Shown here: positions 9,578-16,529 of the stretch, one piece after another
How the letters are laid out: the number at the start of each line of letters is the position of its first letter
How positions within the stretch are numbered: position 1 is the stretch's first letter
Origin: a virus
Direction: 5' to 3' (one strand)
IMG/VR virus record: IMGVR_UViG_3300030090_007212
Span: 1-64,000 of that record
Length of the DNA stretch: 64,000 bases
The notes under the pieces: model-generated
Told to the model about the DNA's origin: nothing
The model's database searches: none
What the model saw: only the letters and a program-made list of their open reading frames with translations
Program-made: the position numbers and the translations under genes

Positions 9578-10594
9578 TCAATTTTTTAACTGGTTAATTA
9601 TTTCTTTTTCTTCCTCACTTATGTTTTTAGGTACATCTAACCATATTTCTATTAACATATCTCCTTGTTGGTTTTGTCTTTTTAATCCTTTTTTAGGGAC
9701 TCGAAGTATATGTCCTATTTCTGTTCCCTCTTTAATTTTAATACGTATCTTACCATCAATTGTTTCCACTTCTTTAGGTGTGCCTAATACTATTTCTTTA
9801 TAAGTTAAAGGTAATCGTACATGTAAATCTACTCCTTTCCTTTTAAAGGTGGGATGAGAAACTTCTACAATATTAATAATTAAATCCCCATTGATACCTT
9901 GTGGAATAGCATTACCTTTTCCTTTTACTACTAAAGATTCCCCATCTAATATTCCCGCAGGGATATCAAATTCTAAAGTTTCTTCACTCAAAAGTGTCCC
10001 ATTTCCTCCACATGTTTTACAAGGATTAATAATAATATTTCCTTTACCTGCACATTTACCACAATGTACCGTATTTCTTATTCTACCAAAAGGTGTGTTT
10101 TGGATTTGATTTATTACACCTGCACCGTTACAAGTAACGCATCGTTGGGTTTTCCCGCCACTATTATTACATGGTTTACATTCACCATTTCTTTTATATT
10201 TAATCTTTTTATGGGTACCAGTAAAAATATCTTCTAATTCTAATTTTATATTTACTCTAATATCAGATCCCTTTTTCATTTGTTTTCTCCCCCTATTACC
10301 AAAGGGATTACCCCCAAAAAACGAATTAATAATATCGTCCATGTTCATATTACCCCCACCAAATGGGTTAGATTGACCATCCGCTGACCCATACATATCA
10401 TAATTTTGGCGTTTTTGTTTGTCAGATAAAATAGTATAGGCGTGAGAAATTTCTTTAAATTTTTCTTCTGCAGTTGGGTCATCAGGGTTAACATCGGGAT
10501 GATACTTTTTTGAAAGCTTCCTATACGCTTTTTTTAGTGTAGAATCATCTACATTTTTATCTACACCCAATATATCATACAAATCCTTCGTCAT
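9578..10594 (-). CDS. dnaJ: molecular chaperone DnaJ (class A)
   Basis: J domain with HPD, G/F-rich linker, four CxxCxGxG-type repeats and C-terminal domain. Confidence 0.95.
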   Translation of the reverse strand: MTKDLYDILGVDKNVDDSTLKKAYRKLSKKYHPDVNPDDPTAEEKFKEISHAYTILSDKQKRQNYDMYGSADGQSNPFGGGNMNMDDIINSFFGGNPFGNRGRKQMKKGSDIRVNIKLELEDIFTGTHKKIKYKRNGECKPCNNSGGKTQRCVTCNGAGVINQIQNTPFGRIRNTVHCGKCAGKGNIIINPCKTCGGNGTLLSEETLEFDIPAGILDGESLVVKGKGNAIPQGINGDLIINIVEVSHPTFKRKGVDLHVRLPLTYKEIVLGTPKEVETIDGKIRIKIKEGTEIGHILRVPKKGLKRQNQQGDMLIEIWLDVPKNISEEEKEIINQLKN

Positions 10595-10649
10595 TGTTAA
10601 TCTTTATTTATTTATAATAAATAACTATTATTTATATAAAAATAAAGGT

Positions 10650-11297
10650 ATGCAATACAGAATAATAATTACTTCTAACGGTAAAAAGAAAAAAATTGTG
10701 CATGAAAGTGAACATCTCTCTTCTATTAAAAGGAAATATTTTTCTTTAAAAGATAAAAACGTTGTATTATGCCCAAAAAAAACTTCGGCATACCTTAAAA
10801 CCAAACCGATAGAATATGAAATAATCCTTATGAAAAAATGGGAGGAAAATGATTTACCTTTTGTGGGAAGAGATGAAATGGGAAGGACAATAGAAATAGA
10901 AGATAAAAATAAAAAGTGGACAATTTTACATAAAGCACCTTACTACTACGAAGAAAAATTTACTGTGTTTGGATTTAAAACACGTCTAACTTCTATCGAA
11001 ATCATTAAATCTATATTACTCAGAAAACATACTAGTATCATTGTCAAACAAGTTAATTATATAGAAAATAAATTACTAATCCATCAAGACAATGACTTTG
11101 ATGTTGTTTTATGTAAATGTCCGGCAGACGCTAAACGATTATTTGAAACGTTAAGAGAATTTATTAATCATAATGGTATTAAACATATTATGTTTACAGG
11201 TAAGATTAATTTAGGGAAAACCGACACCTATAAAATGATTATTGAAAAAACTGGTTGGAAAAAAGAAAAGATATATCGAAGGGTTACTCGGCCTTAA
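10650..11297 (+). CDS. hypothetical basic protein
   Basis: 215-aa ORF filling a gap on the opposite strand, TATTTAT motif upstream. Confidence 0.65.
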   Translation: MQYRIIITSNGKKKKIVHESEHLSSIKRKYFSLKDKNVVLCPKKTSAYLKTKPIEYEIILMKKWEENDLPFVGRDEMGRTIEIEDKNKKWTILHKAPYYYEEKFTVFGFKTRLTSIEIIKSILLRKHTSIIVKQVNYIENKLLIHQDNDFDVVLCKCPADAKRLFETLREFINHNGIKHIMFTGKINLGKTDTYKMIIEKTGWKKEKIYRRVTRP

Positions 11298-11766
11298 CCC
11301 CTACTTGAAATTGTTCTTCTAATTGATGTACTAGTGTATTTAATTTTTCAAATTCTCCTTCGTCTTTAATATATAAGGGGTTGATACAAACTATTTTTTC
11401 TTCACCATCCGTTGCCATAAAAAATAATCTTACATTATCACCTCGCTCCTCCAAATACAACCTCACATTATCACCATATTGTTTAATGAGTTCTGGGTTA
11501 GCAAAAGTACCCCTATCCAAATAAAATACTAAGATTAAAGGAGTATCAGTAGGATCTTCTTGTGTTTTAAATTCTTCTAAAGAAATATATTGTAAATCTT
11601 CATCACCTAAATTATATTTTTCACTTAATTCATTTTCTTTAGAAATTCTCTCTTTATCTCCTTTAATATCATAACACTCTAAAGAATTGTCATTGTGATC
11701 AGTTAAGTACACTAAATAGGATCTAACCCCATTTTGTAGTGAATAATTTTTAGTAACGATTTTCAT
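11284..11766 (-). CDS. hypothetical protein
   Basis: 160-aa ORF. Confidence 0.6.
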   Translation of the reverse strand: MKIVTKNYSLQNGVRSYLVYLTDHNDNSLECYDIKGDKERISKENELSEKYNLGDEDLQYISLEEFKTQEDPTDTPLILVFYLDRGTFANPELIKQYGDNVRLYLEERGDNVRLFFMATDGEEKIVCINPLYIKDEGEFEKLNTLVHQLEEQFQVGVKAE

Positions 11767-11836
11767 TTACATATTTTTTATATTTCTTTGTTATTAATAA
11801 TATAATTTTACGTAAAATTCAGGGAACTGTAAATGT

Positions 11837-12133
11837 TTAAATATGTTTTTTAACGTTTTCCACAATTAACCCTTTGGGTGGGACACCACTTTGTCTCCAT
11901 ACTACTCTACCTTCCTTAAACACCATTAATGTAGGCACACTTCTAATTGCATAATTTCTTGCAAATTCTTTATTTTTATCAATATCTACTTTAATAACTT
12001 TAGCCTCTTCTCCTAATTCCGAAGAAACTTGTTCTAATAATGGATTCATCATTTTACATGGTCCACACCAAGTTGCATAAAAGTCTACTAAAGTAGGTTT
12101 AGTAGAATTAATTATTTCATCAAATTTTCCCAT
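11837..12133 (-). CDS. trxA: thioredoxin
   Basis: DFYATWCGPC and SVPT; 98 aa. Confidence 0.95.
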   Translation of the reverse strand: MGKFDEIINSTKPTLVDFYATWCGPCKMMNPLLEQVSSELGEEAKVIKVDIDKNKEFARNYAIRSVPTLMVFKEGRVVWRQSGVPPKGLIVENVKKHI

Positions 12134-12169
12134 AATGTTTTTTTTTATTAATATAATACCTATAGGTAT

Positions 12170-12855
12170 AAAAAAAAAGAGGATACTTATAATAATTCAT
12201 TTATTGTATCATAAATTGAATCTACTAAAATTGTGTCATCAAAAACAGGATCACCCATTTTTTCAAATTCTATAAATGTCCTATTTAAAGTTGGGGAATA
12301 AGTTTTTGTTGTGGGATTTTGGATTTTAAACGTATCCAGATGTGCAATTTTTTGAATGGCTTTAGTTATATTTTCTTTTAGGGTGGTTTGGGATTTAATC
12401 GCCCATAAACCTTTTAAAATTATATATTGTTTTGGGGATAAATTATTAACAACTTGTGTAATAATATTATTAATAAAAGTTTGGGTGGTAGAACTATTAT
12501 ATACTGTTTCGGCAGCATTTCTATATATTTTTAAGTCATTTGGTTTTATACCTAAATTATATTCTGAAATCTGATCCCCACTAAATCCTTGTTGTGTCAT
12601 TATATTTGCGATTTTTTGACGATTACTATCTAGTTCTGGTATGACACTTTTAATAATGGGTATTTTAGGAAGTATCCCCTTTACTGTCTTCTTACTCTCA
12701 TCATTCATATAGTTAAAAGCATTATTCATAATATATGTAATACCAACAGATTTACCTTCCCACTCAGATTCATTTAAAATTTTCCTAAATTGTGACTCTG
12801 TAACAATTACTTTCATACCATATAAATATATCACAAAAAAAAAAGAGGATACTTA
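12170..12855. repeat. 20-bp direct repeat AAAAAAAAAGAGGATACTTA (12170-12189 and 12836-12855) flanking one gene
   Basis: Two identical copies read directly from the sequence. Confidence 0.75.
12187..12816 (-). CDS. hypothetical protein with MKVIVTESQ...LNE N-terminal motif
   Basis: Start moved to MKVIVTE; TATTTAT 5 nt upstream. Confidence 0.6.
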   Translation of the reverse strand: MKVIVTESQFRKILNESEWEGKSVGITYIMNNAFNYMNDESKKTVKGILPKIPIIKSVIPELDSNRQKIANIMTQQGFSGDQISEYNLGIKPNDLKIYRNAAETVYNSSTTQTFINNIITQVVNNLSPKQYIILKGLWAIKSQTTLKENITKAIQKIAHLDTFKIQNPTTKTYSPTLNRTFIEFEKMGDPVFDDTILVDSIYDTINELL

Positions 12856-12871
12856 AAAAAATATCCTCTTT
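12835..12871 (-). terminator. intrinsic terminator
   Basis: Minus strand AAAGAGGATA-loop-TATCCTCTTT followed by a long U tract, directly after the ncRNA pair. Confidence 0.75.
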
Positions 12872-12873
12872 AT

Positions 12874-13133
12874 AATGTCGGAATGATGATTCGGCTTTTA
12901 TTTAACGTAATGGCCGTCCCTACGGTAGACTTGGTAACTCAGTCCCACTGAATGTCTTTTTTTATTTGTGACAAAACAAAAGGTATGTTTTACAACCTCA
13001 AGGTAGGGAAATTCCCTGTTTAAACCTCCCCTATGGTTGATCCCTTTATTGATTTTGGGTAAAGGGATAATAAAACCTCGGTTTTCAGCTTTGAATTTAA
13101 AGATTTGTTTGCAGTAAATCATTCGTTTACATT
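12874..13133 (-). ncRNA. candidate structured ncRNA 2 (Y-RNA-like, ~260 nt)
   Basis: 5' AATGT..GAATGAT pairs with 3' ATCATTC..ACATT, followed by TTACTGCAA. Internal hairpins: AAAACC/GGTTTT, ATCCCTTTA/TAAAGGGAT, AGGGAA/TTCCCT, TCAGT/ACTGA, CCGT/ACGG. Confidence 0.6.
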
Positions 13134-13138
13134 TAATT

Positions 13139-13291
13139 GGTATGCGGAATCTGTTTAACAGTTTTTACTAACACTCGTTATGTCCCCCGCCTAAACGGTT
13201 TAATAACTTCTGGTTAGAAGGTTACCATTACACCTTTCTCGTCATCATTGTTGAGTTTTTTAAAGGTTGCTGCAATGATTCCTTTTATACC
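13139..13291 (-). ncRNA. candidate structured ncRNA 1 (Y-RNA-like, ~153 nt)
   Basis: 5' GGTAT..GGAATC pairs with 3' GATTCC..ATACC, followed by ATTGCAGCAA. Short internal hairpins: AAGGT/ACCTT or CTTCT/AGAAG, and CCG/CGG. Confidence 0.6.
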
Positions 13292-13306
13292 ATTATTTTC
13301 AAAGAA

Positions 13307-14764
13307 CTATACTGTTATTGGTCGGTATCTAACACCATCTATTGTTTCCATCATAACACTATAAGGAGTAATATCCTTAGCGGATAGGATAGATTTCAAT
13401 ATGGATGGGCTAAATCCCGAAACCAAAGCAGTATTTAACTCATCTTTCTTCACTGGAAAATTATCACCTCGTGAGTTGATATTCCAGAAGATTATGCCAG
13501 GCATTTTATAACCTGCTTGTTCATAATCCTTACGGATCATTTCAATCGCTGACGGGTTAAAATCAGGGACTCTATCCCAGTCATTACCAGTCGCTTGATC
13601 AAATTCCATATCAGATAAAATGAGAATTTTTGTTGGCATCTTATCCTGTGGTACACTATTAGATTGCGCTTGTCTTAATAAAAGATTAAACGTTGCTTCT
13701 AAATTAGTATTCATTCCCCAATCACTAGATCTTAATTGAGATAATCTTTCTTTAAGAGTACCTTGAAGATATTGTAATTCAGGATTAGAAGAAAATGTTA
13801 GGAAACAATCTTTAAATGTACCTTCATTTCTTTCAGAGATATATAACCCTAAAGAAAGTGCTACATCCATACATTGTACATTGGAATTATTTCCAGCTGG
13901 ACATTGCATTGATCCTGACACATCTACCATAGGTAACACAATGTCATTATTATCTTCCATATAGTTAGGTAATGATTCCCATTGTTTTTGACAAACAATT
14001 TCTTCACCACCACAGTAAAGTGATTTAGTTATATCGTAAGGATATAAAGCCCCACTATTAACTTTCGTTTTACCTTCCATAAGGTCCTCCATGTATTTAC
14101 CATATCCTTCCTTATCATTTCTACTGAAAGTTTTTTGATACCTAGATGATGCAAGAGAAGGTAATTTAGAATAATCTATCTTATCCCACTCGTTGGCACA
14201 CATCTTAGTTTCAACGACATTGGTTAGGTTAACCAACAGTTTTCGGAGTTGTTTGGGTGTTACCCTTAACAACTTCCTTAATTTGTTAAATGCCTCACCT
14301 TTGCGTGGCATCCACTTGGCACATAAACCATCTTCGTTTTGTAAAGCGGTTTCGATTAGTTTAAGAGTTTCCTCTTCTAATTCCGTACCTAACAATACTA
14401 AAACATCATCCCATCTTCCATATTCAGGAATTAGAGAAATGTTTTTCTTAACTACTACCGGAGAAAGTTTAACCAAATGAGATAAAATATCTCTAAAGAT
14501 TTGTCTTTCACCAGCACCTCCTCGTACGTCTCTAGCCCAAAATAAAAGTTTTGTCGCTATTAATGAATTGTTAGAATAAGCTTTAGAAAATTTCTCAATT
14601 AACCTCACTTTATCCTTACCTCTCATTGCACCTACGCTGAAGAAAAAGTCCACACAATCATCTAAGGATGATTCGTTAGTAGACATTCCGTTTGCAGTCT
14701 GTGGAGTTTTATTTTCCATAGCTTCTTCCTGAATTTCTAAATAACGTGTGTATGAATTTTCCAT
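13307..14764 (-). CDS. TROVE/Ro60-related RNA-binding protein with vWA domain (DUF2828-like)
   Basis: RDVRGGAGER, YGRWDD, AKWMPR, LYPYDI, MIDAS motif DVSGS, LSDMEFD, IIFWN, VSGFSP. Confidence 0.85.
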   Translation of the reverse strand: MENSYTRYLEIQEEAMENKTPQTANGMSTNESSLDDCVDFFFSVGAMRGKDKVRLIEKFSKAYSNNSLIATKLLFWARDVRGGAGERQIFRDILSHLVKLSPVVVKKNISLIPEYGRWDDVLVLLGTELEEETLKLIETALQNEDGLCAKWMPRKGEAFNKLRKLLRVTPKQLRKLLVNLTNVVETKMCANEWDKIDYSKLPSLASSRYQKTFSRNDKEGYGKYMEDLMEGKTKVNSGALYPYDITKSLYCGGEEIVCQKQWESLPNYMEDNNDIVLPMVDVSGSMQCPAGNNSNVQCMDVALSLGLYISERNEGTFKDCFLTFSSNPELQYLQGTLKERLSQLRSSDWGMNTNLEATFNLLLRQAQSNSVPQDKMPTKILILSDMEFDQATGNDWDRVPDFNPSAIEMIRKDYEQAGYKMPGIIFWNINSRGDNFPVKKDELNTALVSGFSPSILKSILSAKDITPYSVMMETIDGVRYRPITV

Positions 14765-14805
14765 AGTTTTGATTGTTTTTTAAAGTGTTTAACAAAAGTA
14801 TTAGA

Positions 14806-14837
14806 CAAATATATAACATTAATTTTGAAAAGTCAAA
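14806..14837 (-). promoter_or_regulatory. Bacteroidota housekeeping-sigma promoter upstream of the Ro60-like gene
   Basis: TTTG (14837-14834), 20 nt, TATATTTG (14813-14806). Confidence 0.7.
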
Positions 14838-14873
14838 TGTTTTTTTAATTTTTTTTCTTTTTTTTTTAAAATG

Positions 14874-14945
14874 TTGTCGGGGAAGGACTCGAACCTCCGT
14901 TTCATGGACCAAAACCACGCGTCCTGCCAACTAGACGACCCGACA
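14874..14945 (-). tRNA. tRNA-Gln(UUG)
   Basis: Acceptor TGTCGGG/CCCGACA, anticodon loop TT-TTG-GT, T-loop GGTTCGA. Confidence 0.93.
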
Positions 14946-14948
14946 AGT

Positions 14949-15025
14949 TGGCGGACTGGACGAGACTCGAACTCGCGACCCCCTGCGTGACAGGCAGGTA
15001 TTCTAACCAACTGAACTACCAGTCC
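14949..15025 (-). tRNA. tRNA-Asp(GUC)
   Basis: Acceptor GGACTGG/CCAGTCC with encoded GCCA end, anticodon arm CCTGC-CTGTCAC-GCAGG. Confidence 0.97.
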
Positions 15026-15032
15026 TTTTTTG

Positions 15033-15104
15033 TACTCCGTAGGGGAATCGAACCCCTGTTTTTAGGATGAAAACCTAATGTCCTAACCCCTAGACGAACG
15101 GAGC
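15033..15104 (-). tRNA. tRNA-Glu(UUC)
   Basis: Acceptor GCTCCGT/ACGGAGT, anticodon arm TTAGG-TTTTCAT-CCTAA, T-loop GGTTCGA. Confidence 0.95.
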
Positions 15105-15133
15105 AATTTTTAAATAAATATAAACAACTATTA

Positions 15134-15835
15134 TTAAATAGTCAATTTATAACCTACCCCTCTTACAGATTTAAAAAATGTATTGGGGGCGACCTCTCTT
15201 TCAAATATCTTTCTCAAAGATAGGATAACATTATCAATAGTTCTAGTTTTAATGTAAACATCGTATCCCCAAATCTTTTCTAAAATTTCTTCTCGTGAAA
15301 CCACTTCATTACTTTTATCAATTAATAATTTAAGTAACTTAACTTGCCTTTTAGTTAATCTAAATTCATTATCTAAATTATCTGTCACCATAAAGGATTT
15401 AAAATCTATTGTAAAATTACCAATCTTCACAGTATCACTAGTAATATTATTTATACTTTTACCTAATAACTTAATATAATTTTCTATTTTATATCTAATT
15501 TCAGTATAAGGTAAAGGTTTCACTAAATAATCATTTGCACCATACTTTAATGTTTTTATCCGTTTAGATGGGTCATCATGAAAACTAATATATATAATAG
15601 GGGTTATTTGATTTTCTAATCTAATAGTTTGACAAAGATCAATACCTTCTATATCTACTAATTTTTCATCTAAAATTATTACATCAAATTTAAATTCTCT
15701 TATTTTTGACAACCCTTCTTTACCATAAGGGGTGCATACAAATACGTATTTATCGGAATTAAACTCTTCTTTAATCCGTTGGTGTATTTCTTTATCCACA
15801 CCAATAATTAATACCCTGTTTTCTTTATTTATCAT
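15134..15835 (-). CDS. OmpR/PhoB-family response regulator (orphan)
   Basis: Receiver domain (IILD, GANDYLVKP) and winged helix (SREEILEKIWG, RTIDN, SVRGVGY). Confidence 0.9.
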   Translation of the reverse strand: MINKENRVLIIGVDKEIHQRIKEEFNSDKYVFVCTPYGKEGLSKIREFKFDVIILDEKLVDIEGIDLCQTIRLENQITPIIYISFHDDPSKRIKTLKYGANDYLVKPLPYTEIRYKIENYIKLLGKSINNITSDTVKIGNFTIDFKSFMVTDNLDNEFRLTKRQVKLLKLLIDKSNEVVSREEILEKIWGYDVYIKTRTIDNVILSLRKIFEREVAPNTFFKSVRGVGYKLTI

Positions 15836-15838
15836 ATA

Positions 15839-16486
15839 TTAATTGTCAAACCAAAAAATGATTCTTACATCTTCGGGTTGCCCTAGTTTTTGTAGTTGGG
15901 GGATGGTAGTGTTAAAAAAATAGGGATCAATGCCACGTACTTTTAAATCATTATCATCCATTTTATTATATTCACTATCTAATAATTCTCTTAATGTAAA
16001 ATAATTATGTGAATGACCATCAATATCCCATTCATCTGACATAGATTTTACTGACATACTCGCATCATCCGGAACACCTTTTATATCGGAATTAAACTCC
16101 GCCCCAATCATAGGATTACTTTGATCTCTAACTCCCGCTAAAATACCAAATAAGGAGTAACATCTTCCACCATAAGGTTGATTAGTGTAAGGATTTCTTA
16201 TCATTCCTTTACTATAAGTATACTCCCATGAAGCATCAGCAGGTGCAACTCTTTTAGGTATAAATTTAGATATGATATATTGTTCTTGTCTATTAGTTGG
16301 TGACTCACCATTTACCCATTTCATTGTAATTTCCCATGCTTCTTCTTCCTCTAAACCAAAAACTTCTTTAAGTTCTTGAGAAAGTGACCATAAAGCATAA
16401 CTATCAGTAAATTCTTCACCAATCACATCCCATTCATTAGTAACTGGATTTCGTTTTTCCGCAAACATATGTATATCACATCCCAT
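15839..16486 (-). CDS. conserved phage hypothetical protein
   Basis: MGCDIH N-terminus, R.YSLFGILAGVR, DGHSH, RIIFWFDN C-terminus. Confidence 0.7.
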   Translation of the reverse strand: MGCDIHMFAEKRNPVTNEWDVIGEEFTDSYALWSLSQELKEVFGLEEEEAWEITMKWVNGESPTNRQEQYIISKFIPKRVAPADASWEYTYSKGMIRNPYTNQPYGGRCYSLFGILAGVRDQSNPMIGAEFNSDIKGVPDDASMSVKSMSDEWDIDGHSHNYFTLRELLDSEYNKMDDNDLKVRGIDPYFFNTTIPQLQKLGQPEDVRIIFWFDN

Positions 16487-16529
16487 AATAATAAATATTT
16501 AGAGTTTTACAAATATAAGTAATTTAATC

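Noticed and set aside
12156-12169. 14-bp palindrome ATACCTATAGGTAT upstream of trxA
   Set aside because: Single occurrence in AT-rich DNA; not enough to call an operator
12898-13122. 74-aa minus-strand ORF
   Set aside because: It lies wholly within the hairpin-rich candidate ncRNA 2 and has no recognisable protein features. It is probably incidental, though not formally excluded.
14709-15010. ORFs 14709-14930 and 14819-15010
   Set aside because: They overlap clear tRNA genes and the promoter
5896-15835. Interpretation as a bacterial chromosome segment (clpP, glnII, dnaJ, trxA, tRNAs, response regulator)
   Set aside because: These genes lack their usual operon partners and are interspersed with phage-type hypotheticals, contiguous with primase, SbcCD and tail genes
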